Below, in pieces: positions 49,520 through 62,006 of a stretch of DNA of 64,000 nt. Within the stretch, counting starts at the first letter, position 1. Every line of letters starts with the position of its first letter. Origin of the DNA: Sphagnum compactum (taxonomy: Eukaryota); contig OZ234493.1 in assembly GCA_965153455.1 (NCBI GenBank), forward strand, positions 558,001 to 622,000, in the 5' to 3' direction. A program made the position numbers and the translations under genes. The notes beneath the pieces were generated by a model. That model did not search any database and was not told the origin of the DNA. It saw only the letters and a list, made by a program, of their open reading frames with translations.

Positions 49520-52170
49520 TGTAGCAAATAGTTGCAAATGTTTGGTAAAAAGGAAAAAACTAATTCAATTTGCACTGAGTTTTCTTTTACTTTCACAAGG
49601 TAGATTCATGATTGAGTATGAGCAAATGTAGTTGTTATTTGGTTTTTTTCAAAGTGCCTAACCACCCTTCCAAGCCTTGCAGTGATTGTGCAAGTTGGGA
49701 AATTGTTGAAAGTTTACATTGTGTGGTTTTGAATGCCATTAAAGAAACAATTTTGGTTTCAAACTTTTTTTTTTATTTCAATTAATCAAGTGATATGGCC
49801 AATAACCATAGTAGAATTTTTGTTTATTGGTATGTGGTGAAAATTTGGAAATGGGTGTTTATTTTGCTCACATTTGAATGTTTAATTGAAGGTGGAATTG
49901 TTATTAACATCATAATTGTCATCCTACAAGCTTTCATTACCTATGGTGGTTTGACTAATGACCAAATTGTTGAACATGTTATTTTTTAAGAGTTGATGGT
50001 GTCTCCACATCATTTCAAGGGGTGAAATATAGAGTTATCACTTTGATGAGGACCCAACAAATACCTTACCTCATCAAGATCCATTGTATGGCACATAAAA
50101 CAAACCTTGCAATGCAAACTTTGTTTTTCATGCCATTGGTTTCCATATTGGAAGATCTCCTTTAATCATTATATAGGTATTACCCTAGCTCTCCAAAATT
50201 CCCATTTTGAATTTACAAAATTTGTTGAAATTGTGAAAACTTAGAGATGGAAAGTGTTTCAACATGTGAAAACAAGGTGGAACAACATTTTATTCTTTTG
50301 AAATGGGTTGGGAAAAAAATACAAACTTTGATTAATAACATGGTAGTTGACAATAAGTTTGTGGAGGCAACCAAGGCCAATTTGGTGAATTTGTGTGATG
50401 TTGGCATAATCTTTGGTTTGCCATTGTTTTTTTTATGTTAGAATTTATCAATGGTATGATGAAATTTGTGTAGGCCAAGCATGTCTTTTTGTGTGACTAC
50501 ATTACAATTGTAAAAATATGCCAAGCTTATTTGTACAACATGTACATTGATCCAAGCACTTCATTCCAACCTAAGGACTTACATGAATTCACAAATTTTG
50601 TTGCAAACCAATCCTATGAGATTACTTACAATTTGATTGACCTAAATGATGGCATAGAGCATTTGACTTTCCACATCATTGGACAATCCCACACGGTCCA
50701 CTTTGTTGGCTCCTTAATTGACAACCACCATCTAGTTATGTTGGAAGGTTTTGATCAAATAATCAAAGTTGTCAAAGGTCAATGCATTGTTATGTGTGAT
50801 TTGTTGGTGTTTGAATTAGAAAGGAGGTTTTCAAACCACAAGTTCATGAATTTTCTTAAAATTATTTACCCATGTTACTAGTTATAACCAAATTGTGAAT
50901 CCACGTAATTTGTAAACTAGCTAACCTTGATCAACAACATTATTGTACATTTAAAAAAGTTAATATTTATGGCAGTTAGGATTATACCCAACTTTCAAGG
51001 GCAACTTTGGATTAACAAACTTCTCTTTTCAAGCTAACCATGAAAAATCAGATTATCAAAGCCATGGTAAAACTTATGGATAAAAATCCAATGATTAAAT
51101 TGTGGCATCAACTTGCCCCAAAAAATTTGTTGGTTGTTTGTCTTTATTAATTATTGAATTGGCTAATGTTCAAGTCATTAATAATGTGGAGGATGAACAA
51201 ACATTTTCCACTTTGACTTTTATGAAATCCAAGTTGTGAAATTGATTTGTTGGGCATTTGGATATGGGTGAAAGCACATTATGGGGGGGCCACTTTGGGC
51301 ACTTTCACAACATGTATGTTAAATATATATTTGCAAAACGTATTGCATTTAATTTTGGGTTTCACTTTTGGTGTTTGGGTTTGATATTTTGATTTTCACA
51401 AAGTTAATGATATCGAATATTATTTGAAAAAAAAGAAATAAATTAAAAAACTTAAATTCAAGGAATATTGATTATAATTCTGGTATATACAATATAATAA
51501 AACGTGTTTATGTTTTTGGACTGCATTAGGTTTGGGTTTGAATTAGTCAACCAAAAAATGTCTAAAATGAAAAAAATTAAAATTACTCACTTCACATATC
51601 TTGTCATCTTCCATTTGAAAGTGATAGTTTGTCAAAATGTTAATTTACCACATACTTATGGTCGTAACCCCCAAAAACACACATTTGTGATATGATAATT
51701 ATCAAATTCTTCACAGGGTTCACAAACTTATTCCAATCGTATGGAATCACAATGTTTAATAAATACTACAAATTTCATAAAGACTAAAAATCATTTCAAT
51801 CATTTTTTGAATATATTTGTATTTTTTAATATATAGTGACGTACATTTTTTTATCACAAATACTTTGGAACCCCTCAATATAAATTGGAAAAAAAATAAA
51901 ATCTTTGTGATTGAATTTTTTGTGTTATAATCTACCATATTATGCAAAAAGTTTGGAAAAATATGCTCCAATATTACCATGGTTGAAGTTCAACACATGG
52001 ACACCCCTAGAAAACAATAGAATGTGACAACATTTTTGACCCCCCCCTAATGTGGTTTCACCCATATTGCCATACACATGTTTGCTTAGGAGTCTTTCAC
52101 TAAAAAAAAATTTCCTTTCCAAATTGTTATTATAGATTGTGTATTTTGAAGATGAATGACAACATCCAAA
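49520..52170 (+). pseudogene. Degenerate hAT-family transposase
   Basis: IHCMAHKTNLAMQ (CxxH) at ~50078; C-terminal dimerisation-like VQVINNVEDEQTFSTLTFMKSKL*N*FVGHLD at 51165-51263, resuming IAIHMFA after the MITE; many stops and frameshifts. Confidence 0.8.
51265..52064. mobile_element. 800-bp non-autonomous TIR element with TA TSD (Tc1/mariner-type)
   Basis: TIRs TGGGTGAAAGCACATTATGGGGGGG / CCCCCCCCTAATGTGGTTTCACCCA; TA at 51263-51264 and 52065-52066; removing it restores the hAT frame HLD-IAIHMF. Confidence 0.85.
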
Positions 52171-53899
52171 CTTCCATGTAAGTTCATTCATATTGTATTC
52201 AATTTTGTTGCCTACATCCGCCCTAAATTTCTTTCATTGATTTAGTCTTGCAGAATTGATTTCTTATGTGTTGCCATTCAAGTTCAACACCCTAATCCCT
52301 AAATCATGATTTTTTTTCTTTTTTTTCAATGTAGGTTCCATATGTGCTTTTGCTTCAAGTGTTTGAAATGTGGAACCATGGATGACTCCTTACATTTTGA
52401 AACCCCAATTTTCAAGCTTAGATTTCAAAGTGGCAACAATGCTTTTGAACTCTATGCAACTTTCAGGTTTAGTTTTGGCTTTTGACCTTTGATTTTGTGT
52501 GGAACATCATAAGATTTTTTTGTCAAGCTTGTTTGTGAAAATCACAGAGCTCATGAAATCTATGCTCCAATTTGAGTTAAATTTAGATCTAGCAATTTAA
52601 AGCTCAGTGGGTTCCAATTTCCAATTTGTCCAATTTCTATTTTCTAAGGGCATGACTAGTTTTTGGAATGTTTATGTATGTCGAAATAAAGGCAAAGCTA
52701 AGTGTGGATTGATCCAATCTGTCCAATTTCTATCCTCCAAAGCATAATTGAATTTTTGATGAATTTTGGTGAATTTCTCCAATTCTTAGGCAATTTTGTT
52801 TGAATTTATCAAAAATCATTCATGAATATTCTAGCAATTAAAAAACTCTCAAGGGCACCTCTAGGGGTATGATATTTGTTTCTTTCTTTTTTGGATTTTT
52901 TATGTATGTGGGAAAGGGAGAGCTAAAGTGTCACAACATTGGTATTTTTCCTACCACATTCCAACGAAAATCAGACTTGGATCAAATAGTTTTTTCTGGT
53001 GGCATATTTTTTTGCCATTTTCCAGAAATTATTTTGAAAAAATAAAATCTTGTAATATGTAATTCTGCTTTTGAAAAAAAATTCCCAAAAAAGAAAATTT
53101 TATTAAAAAAGAGCGCCAAAAGTCACCACAATTGCCTACAATATGAAAGGATGCTTAAGATTTTCTACTTTCATATTTCGAACATTGCCAAATTTGGCTA
53201 ATATCCGTTTGGATTAATTACCACCTAACCAACATCACAAAATTGCAAAAAAAAAAAAAAAAAAACAAAAAAAACTGAAACTGACTGAAGTTATGTGAGA
53301 CTTCACGTACAACAACTGAAAAGGAGTTAAAATTTGAAGGGACTATTGTAGTGGCCATGAAAGCAAAATTAATTAATTAATAAATAAAATCCTGAGGTGG
53401 GGGAAAAGAGAAATCGGGCTCCCTTCCTTCCTTTCCTTTCCCTGCTCTTCGCATCCCTCCCCACCCCCGCCCCTTGTGGCCCCCCTTGCCTACGTGGCCA
53501 CAAGCGAACCGTCGAACCTGACTCCACCTCCGACTGTCACGGAATCCAAAGGCGCAGAACCTCCCACGTTGCAAAGATTGGCCTGAAATAACGGTTAGGG
53601 GGGAAGAAGAAGAAGAAGAAGAAGAAGAGGCGATGGCGAAGCGCAACAACAATGCGGACTCACTCCTGCTGCTGCAGCGACAAAAGGAGAAAGAAAACAA
53701 GAAGACGACGGATTCTGCCGTCGTTGATTCCTTCATTTTCTCACTTTTTGTTGCAGAATTAACAAAAGTACAAAACAATATGATGCCAAAATTAGAAAAC
53801 GATCAAGCGAAGTTCTAGGAATTGGGAGAAGAAAGAGGAGGAGGAAGCTGCTGGTGCTGCAGAAGTAGGAGGAACTTAAGAGCACGAGAACGAACGAGG

Positions 53900-56800
53900 A
53901 TGGCGGGATTTAAGGCGGGGGCGGTGGGACCGGGAGGAATTGAGAAAGTCAAGTTCACGGTGTCGGTACGCGGCCACCAGTGGAGCTCTGCACGTCACGT
54001 GCAGGAGACTCTGCAAGAATTTGCCAGAGTGATTCAGGTAAGTAGTTTTTTGTGTTGTTGTTGTGGTTGTTGTTAGAGGCTTCTGGTTCCAGATTCTGGA
54101 CTTCTGCTTCAGCCCGGTTCCCTTGTTCGTTTTTGTTTTGGTTCCTCCCCCCTCTCTGCTGTTGAAAACTTGCTTGCGATTTCTTCTGGAAAGGTCGTCG
54201 TCGGTTTTGCAAGAGTAACCAAATGCGTGCGAAATCCGATCTACACTTAGACGATACAATTACGTATGCTGAAAGTCTACGACGTGTAGAACTTCACAGG
54301 TTGAGGCGCTATGTGATCTGCTCTAGCCTGCCTTATTGAGAAGCTCTGTGCACGGAGATCGCGGATGCTAAAGGAACCGTGAAGCATGATGCACTGCTTC
54401 AGATATGTTGGAATTGAATCGTGTCGACTAGTGCATACTAATGTCGGCTGCAAGTCGATCTGTTGCGGTTTGCAAAACTCAGATTAGCTTCTTCTTCTTC
54501 CCCTGATCGGTTTTTTTTTTGGTGGCAGAGAAATGCGCGCCGCCTGGACTTCATTGGCGATGGTGACAGCATCCAGCGTTTGCAGCTGGCCAATGCTGAT
54601 GGCTCGGAACCGGAGGAGCTTGATGTAGACGCAACACTGGAAGATGTCATCATCTGCATGGGCAACAAACAGTTGGTTGCTATTGTCAACTCCAGCGCCC
54701 AGAGTCCTAGTACAGAGTGCAATGGACGTCCTCCGGACACTGAAAAGCTCGGTCCAGCCTCCCCGATGGCGCTAGCTGCAAGCTTGCATAAACCGAAAGC
54801 AAAGAACGATACTAGTACTCCGCCTCCAAGCAGCTATGCCGGCGGTCTTGCTACCACCTTTGCCGCTGCAGGTCTGACTGAAGATTATACCACAGAATCG
54901 CCGGGAGCGGCGGGACTCAAGCCTTTGCCGGTTCTGCTCAAGAATCACCGAAATGTGCATTACAACCAAAGATGCGATCCAACTTTGAGAGGCCTGAAGA
55001 TCACAATTCCTTCTTCTGACCCTAGCCCTGCAACTTTTCATGACTCGGAAAGATGTGCATTCACGTCACAATCTGATTGTGCTTGTGAACGCCAACTGGG
55101 AGGAGGACAGATTCCGCCAATGGCTTCACGATCTAACAACTGCAATGGTGGTGGAATCGTCCAACATTGTGCCAAAGGCATGCACGGAGGAGGGGGATCC
55201 ATGTTCAATCCTGGTCCCACTCCAAGCCCAGCAGAGCTTGCTCAGTTTCTTGTCCGAGGCTCTGCCCTGCCTCACCGGATCGGCAGTGGTGGTGGTGGTG
55301 GTAGCATGAATGGACCCATTATGCCTCTTTGCAACCGATCCACACCAAATGTAGGTTTCCAATCTTTTGCTTCTGCACTTATGAGCCAACTGCCAGTGAT
55401 GCCAAACTCTCACATGCAATGCCCCGCTGCTACACCTAATATTGCAATGCTGGCTCAGTTTTTAGCTTCACAGCTAAGAGCATTTGTACCAGTGACTGAA
55501 GGCACACACCCATCAGCAGCTTCTGCACCCATTTCCCCCAAAGATAGCAAAGTAGTTGCTCCAAGCAATGAAGTACTTCCAACTGCAAAACAACCTCCTC
55601 CTCCTCAGACTGCTGGCCATGACAATTGTCCTGCAACCAGTCTTCCTGGATTTGGGTCACCAAAACTTGCAGCAGTTACCATGAAATTATCAATCAGTGA
55701 ATCTCATGACAAGGATCGATCTTCTTCTTCAGCAAATGTAAATGCTGCAGCAGCACCGTCCAGTGATGGCATTGATAGTGAGCAAATCAATGGCTGCTCA
55801 GACTTGATATTCCTGGTGAACCGAAGGAGCAAGACGGTAGATACTAGGCACTTGATTTCTCTTCTCTCTGAAATATTATTTTCCTTTCATCAATACTTGC
55901 CTTCTGTTCAAAGGTTTGACCTTTGCATCTGGAAACAGTGGCCAGTCAACAGGATGCTTCAAATCACATGGTGAATCATTTCTTGACACTAGGTTTTCTT
56001 TCTTATCTCCATCATCAGAACCTCTGCAGCAAATTTATGTTTCTCAATCATGTAAACATGGAAATTGCAGGGCCTTGGGACACATCATTTGAAAATGGCT
56101 GATCTGTCTACATATTTTCATCTTAGCGTTGTTGATGCTGCCAAGAAGCTTGGAGTTTCTCAAACAACATTAAAAAAAGCATGTAGGAAGTTTGGTCTCA
56201 AGCGCTGGCCTGGCCGCAAGGTACAATGACCTTGGGGGGGGTGAAATGAACTCAGCAAAAGTTAAATCTGTTTCTGATTCTTGTTGTCCACATCCCTCAG
56301 TCACATGTGTTCACTAACTATTTTCCAACAGGTCTGAACAGTTCTCTGCATGAATAGCAGTAGAGAGGCTGGCATTCAGGATACTCAGGAATGAAGCCCT
56401 CCATTGTCTGCAATCCTTTTACAGTTAACATCAATCTGGACATGGTGTTATCAGGTGCGGAGCTTGGAGAGCACCATACATGGTCTGGAGCATACTATTG
56501 CAGTTGGTCAAGGAGCTGGTATGGAAGAGTTAACTGAAGCTTACATGCGATCTGAAGTAACCAAATTGCAGCAAGAAATGGACCAACTTGTGCATGGAAC
56601 TCCTGCTCAGGTAGTATCCTCTTACATTCTCTTGTTTCATGTGATCAGTTTCCCCATTACATCAAGAGATGATCTCTGTCCTGCATCTGATTTTTGAGAG
56701 CTGGGTGAATCCAGGAAAACAGAATCAGTAGAATCTGCTTTGGTAGACTTTCATGCAGATTCTGCTCTCATACAGAATATGTATGTGCTATTTTCATGTA

Positions 56801-57473
56801 GAAGTTGGTTTCTGAAGTCATCACTCCGGACTTACAAAAATTTATGTCTGCTTGTTGTATGGTGGAGCAGCATTCTCCAGTGGTGAGAACAGCAGATCTG
56901 TACAAGCGTCTGTACTCACGGGGATGGCGGTCGAAGTATCACAGCCCCTGCAGCCGATTTGACCTTGATATCAACAATGCCAACAATGACAATGAGATCT
57001 CGGTTCTGTCCCACTCGACCAGAAAGGTCAGTGAGGCTATCAAGGTTGTGAGCTCAGGGTGCAAAGCTCAAGATGGAGGTTTGCAGACAAATGAACGAGA
57101 TTCAAATGGCTATAATCAAAACCCTGAAAATCCAAAGGAGGATTTGCAAGGTCTCACAACAAGTGTTGTTGCCGTTAAGGACACTGTACTCAATGAAAGC
57201 ATTGAACAACCTCTCACAAGAGAATCCACCAAAGATGCAAAAGTGGAAACAAGTTCTAAAAAAACACCAGCCATGGACCATGGTGCACCACCCACCACTG
57301 TCATCTCCACCAAGACACTTCATAAAACTTGCTCAGACAGAGAGCAACCTCACACCCATGATGACAAAGAAAAATCCTTGGCTACAGAAAGAAGTCCAAA
57401 GAGGCCCAAGAGGGAGTGCAGGAACGCAAGTGAAGCAGGACGACCAGGTCTCAGATCAGGCACTTGTGCCTAA
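53900..57473 (+). CDS. RWP-RK domain transcription factor; exons 53900-54037, 54529-55836, 56071-56220, 56455-56610, ~56871-57473
   Basis: LKMADLSTYFHLSVVDAAKKLGVSQTTLKKACRKFGLKRWPGRK|VRSLE followed by a coiled-coil; phase-0 GT-AG junctions; last acceptor uncertain (56802 also possible). Confidence 0.88.
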
Positions 57474-59063
57474 CCTTGTATCCATCACACTCATTATTGT
57501 CTATCTTGTGGTGTTTTATAGCTCATCATATAGGAGAAACTTTGCAGCTAATTTTACAGTTCTAAGACTGGATTGAGACAGATTGCAGGGCAAGTTACCT
57601 GCAACCTTTACAATTCATCAATCACAAGAATATATAATAAATTGAGAAGTCAGAAGCACTGACTTGTCATCTCCAGTGACAAAAAATTTGTGCATCTAGA
57701 ACTTTGTGGGAGGCAGAAGAACTGTGAGGTGATGATGAACTCCATTGATGCAGAACAGTCCATCTCCAATGGGTCACCTGGTTCATGAACAGCAGCACAT
57801 AGGACAAATCAGACTGTGATGATGATGATCATCATCATCAAGTTTGGAGAGAGCAACTTTTCATGCTCATCAGCCAGCGCTGAACAAGAGTCTTTCCTGT
57901 CCTCTGTGTGCCACTTATGAACCCAATTAGTAAAGTTGAGAGCATACCTTCCAAGCTGTCTCAATGGAGTGTGTTTGCCCCAGCTCTCATCTCTCTCTCA
58001 CGCCAACCTTTGTTGTTGATTATGTACACCAAACATTGCAGAGTTGAGAAGTGCAGTCAAGTCTCAAGTACAGCTTGAGTCTTTTGTCTGTCTGTCTGTA
58101 ATGCTTACCAGCTGTGGCTGAGGATTCCTTGAATGGGACGTTCCTTGTCTATTGATACATATGTCACAAGCTCAAGAAGATTCTTGAAGGTTTTCTTCAC
58201 AGCATGTGTACCCAAATTTTGCTGGGAAATGAGCTTCTGAGTTCAATCCTGAAAAGGAGAGTTGCGTCATGCTGCATTTATGCTCAATCACACGAGTATC
58301 TTCAGCTATGATGCTTGCAGCAAATGTAAAGATTCACTAACATGTAACCTGCTATAAATTTGCTCAGAGATTTCATTCAAGCACTCACCTTCTTGTTGTT
58401 GCTGAGAGATTCAATGTGACCATGATCCATGTCTTTTTTTCTTGTGACGGCTGACTTGCAACTGTTTCTTCACACTGGGAAGGATTTCTGCCTCCTGTTT
58501 TGGACATAGATGTTTTCTCTTCTCCCCCCCAGGAACAGAAGATGGCAGGGTTGGATCATGTGCAAGGTGATCACCACTCCTTCCTCCAGAAATGCTGGCT
58601 TGATGCAACTGCAATTGCTGCAACATACAAAAGAATGATGAGCTTCCCCTCCACAATGGCATTACCTATTTACAATCCGAGTCACCACAATTGCTGCTGC
58701 GCCAAGGAAAGAATCTGCAGCAACTTTTCACCAACAGCAATTGCAGACGTGCGTCGGAGTCGGCGAGTTCTTTCGTGACCACGTCTTGGCTTCGTTCGGT
58801 TTTCGATCTTTCCCGCAACGAAAGATGCAGAGTCCGGAGGACTGCCCATCTGAAAGGAAGGATCGGCGTCTGCTTTTGGCTTGTCTGCGCGGACGTTTAG
58901 CGATCTGAATGTTCACGTATACAAAACAGCAGTGCATTGCAAGATGATGCGTTTGCAATTTCTGTTTCCTCAGTAGTTTGTTGAGGAATCGTTGCAAGTC
59001 TGGTGTCGCTCTGTTCCCTTCTTGGCCTCTTGGCCACTGCAGCAGATTGCGATACAATTACAA

Positions 59064-59741
59064 ATGTCTCCAGCAATCTTGTCTTCGTCTCTCACGAAGA
59101 TCGTCCTCACCGTTGCTGCTATGGTGTTCTTATTCATTGTCGCGCTCGAAATGTACGCGCTTGCGCCAGTCCTCCCTTCAGATTTCTCTTCCAATTCCGC
59201 TCTCCACCAGGAGGCCTCGTCCCGTCTTTCGAAAGAGACGGCCCCGGATGGCAGCTTGCACTTAGGTCTGTTCGGTGAGACGATGGTTGCAATGCTGGGG
59301 AGCACAGACTTGCCGTTCACGATCTTTGTTCCTTCTAAGGCTACGTTTCAGAAGTTCTTCAAAATATTCCCTGAGCTCTCGGACGAGCAGGCTGAGAAGT
59401 CGTCGCTTGTTATTAGTGCGGACAACAATTCTGATGTCTATGCTGCTCTCTCCCGTGTCTTCAGTTTCAGTGCTATCCCGAAGCCCATCTTCTCTCACGA
59501 CTTGTCGGAAGAGCAAGAGATAGAGGCCGAGGCTCTGTCAGGCTACAAGATCTACCTTTCACGTGTGCCAGGCAAGGGAGTCCTTGTGAACAATCTTGTA
59601 TGTGAGTTCACAGATCTGAGAAGAGGTCGTGTTGTCATTCATGTGGTGAATGGGGTGCTCTTGGATCCGGCGTTTAGGCGATCCATGGCATTCCAGAATG
59701 AAGCACTGGACGATGAAAACAGAGAAGGAGACGCTGGCTGA
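59064..59741 (+). CDS. Single fasciclin (FAS1) domain protein with N-terminal signal/anchor
   Basis: Hydrophobic N-terminus; H1 PFTIFVPS..TF and H2 VVIHVVNGVLL motifs; intronless ORF. Confidence 0.88.
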   Translation: MSPAILSSSLTKIVLTVAAMVFLFIVALEMYALAPVLPSDFSSNSALHQEASSRLSKETAPDGSLHLGLFGETMVAMLGSTDLPFTIFVPSKATFQKFFKIFPELSDEQAEKSSLVISADNNSDVYAALSRVFSFSAIPKPIFSHDLSEEQEIEAEALSGYKIYLSRVPGKGVLVNNLVCEFTDLRRGRVVIHVVNGVLLDPAFRRSMAFQNEALDDENREGDAG

Positions 59742-60108
59742 AGTCTGCAGCTTATGGCATTTTATCTAGGTGCATATGAGAAGAAGTTTGTCTTCTTAAC
59801 GTCAGTCATTTCAGCAATCCCATGGCAGTATATATATATATATGCATTGGAATGCCATATTCACCACAATATTGAGATTCTCCACAGTTGAAATGGGGCG
59901 ATCCAGAGATGGTGCAGATTCAGCAGAGCCTTTGAAGTCATCTCTGTCAACAGTCTGGTAGTGGGTGCAGAAGAGATGCTGGAAATGGAGGTTTTATGAT
60001 TGTCTGCCAACTGCAGAGCTGTGAAAATCGCCAATACAATCTTGCTGGAGATTTGCAATTTTGAGTGGGGAAAGGAATCCTCATTTGAGATGCCTGCTTG
60101 ATATGGAA

Positions 60109-60554
60109 ATTGATCAGTTTGTCCTTTTTATGAGAAGAGCTGATGATATGGGAACTTTAAGATGTGAGTGTCGTACAAGATCGTTGTCTTGAAAAGACCA
60201 GAAATCCTGTGTCATCTCTGGCATTGCAATTAGTGTCTGAGCATAGCTACCAGGGAAACGGGAAGATTTTTTGGTTGCTACTTCTCAGCCGGAAGGTGCT
60301 TTCAGTGCTGTATTATGCACATCAGTTTGTGTATTGATCAGTTTGTCCTTTTAATGAGAAGACCTGATGATTTGCAAACTTTAAGATGTGGATGGTTGTA
60401 CAAGATTGTTGTCTTGAGAAGACAAGAAATCCTGTGTAGTCTCTGGCATTGCAATTAGTGTCTGAGCATAGCTTCTAGGTACATGGGAATATTTATTGGT
60501 TGCTACTTCTCATCCTGAGGATGCTTTCAGTGCTGTATTGTGCACATCAATTGT
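60109..60554. repeat. 224-bp tandem duplication
   Basis: ATTGATCAGTTTGTCCTTTT...GGCATTGCAATTAGTGTCTGAGCATAGCT...TGCACATCA at 60109 and 60333. Confidence 0.9.
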
Positions 60555-61093
60555 TTAAGGAAGATCTAAATTACTATTGCAGCAGATTTGCTTATTGCTT
60601 GTGGTCGAATCTTTTGGGCCTTCTTTTATTTTGCTTTGGTAACTCTGGCAACAGGCTTACCCCTAACCACCAGGGTAGCTTGCTGTCCTCACAGAGCATG
60701 AGGAGAAGCGAGTCCAGTCTGGGATTTGAAATCCCAGAAGGGGGTGCTTTGGGCCCTTTTGATTGCCAAAGTTGACTAAGCTTCTGTTGCTTCCAGTTAT
60801 GTATCTGGATGCAAGTCAGTGACAAAGGTTTGGATTTGTGCATCCCATGTACAAATTTGAACTAATGTGTGATAGACAGCTCTTGTGTGAATTCTCTTCG
60901 CCTCTTGCATGGTGGTATCTATCTTCCTGCTGACAACTTTGCTTTCAAGAATGAGAAGATGGTATCTAATGCATATGGATTGTGTTATGAATATTTCTAG
61001 TTTATATGTAGTTGGAGATCGTGGTATGAAGACACAAGGCAACAAGCGACTTGTGATTGAAGCTGATAAAGTAAAACTTCCACTCAAGCATCT

Positions 61094-61403
61094 GCTTAAG
61101 GCATTCCTTACCTTGAATTTGAAGAGACTTGAGAGGCTTGTGATATCTGATTTCCTGATTTCGATATGTTGGCTTATGGCATTGTTTACCTTGAATGTGA
61201 AGAGACTTGAGAGGCTTGTGATACCTTATTTACTGATTTGGATGTGTTGGCTTACAGCATTGTTAACCTTGAATGTAAAGAGACTTGAGAGGCTTGCGAT
61301 ACCTAATTTACTGATTTGGATGTGTTGGCTTAAGGCATTGTTTACTTTGAATGCCAAGAGACTTGAGAGGCTTGTGAGACCTGATTTACTGATTTGGATG
61401 TGT
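61094..61403. repeat. 78-bp tandem repeat, 4 units
   Basis: GCATT...CCTTGAATGTGAAGAGACTTGAGAGGCTTGTGA...CTGATTTGGATGTGT starting at 61101, 61179, 61257, 61335. Confidence 0.92.
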
Positions 61404-61742
61404 AGGGCTGATGATGCTGAAGTCTTTCATATGAAGCTTTCATTTCTTGAGGTGTTTCACAATCAAGTTCAGCCATGAAACTTAGATAGAGGTGAAAACT
61501 CAAGGGTTTTTTCTTTTTCCTTCAAGCAGCAGTGGTGAACTCAATCCAATCTTGGGGTTTGGACTTTAGGTTTCAAATCAATTTTCAGCTATGGAAATAT
61601 GGAAGGATTGAACTGGACATTTGTAGATCCTCTACTTGCACTAGGTTTTGGAATATTCAAACCTATGTCAAGCATTTCTGGTCTTCGGAAGTAATGGCCA
61701 CTTCTTGCAGCAAACCAAATACAAGACTTCTGTTAACCACTT

Positions 61743-61889
61743 AGATCAATTCAACTACTTTCAGAAATTGCTCAGAACAAGCTGAAAATTGACTATCACA
61801 AAAGGGAGATAGACACAAAGAGATCAATTCAACTACTTTCAGAAATTACTTAGAACAAGCTGAAAAGCAACCATCACAAAAGGGAGATA
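61743..61889. repeat. 78-bp tandem duplication downstream of the FkbM gene
   Basis: AGATCAATTCAACTACTTTCAGAAATT...CACAAAAGGGAGATA at 61743 and 61821. Confidence 0.88.
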
Positions 61890-62006
61890 AAAAAAAAACT
61901 TACAATTTTGATTGATGCACAAAAAAAAACAAGGTTTGATGGTGGTGTTATTGGTTTGGAGCTTCATGGAGTGGGAGGTTCCTTCCAAAACCATAATACA
62001 GATTCT

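Noticed and set aside
58411..58990. Short ORFs upstream of the FAS1 gene
   Set aside because: No motif or convincing splice link; likely UTR or intergenic
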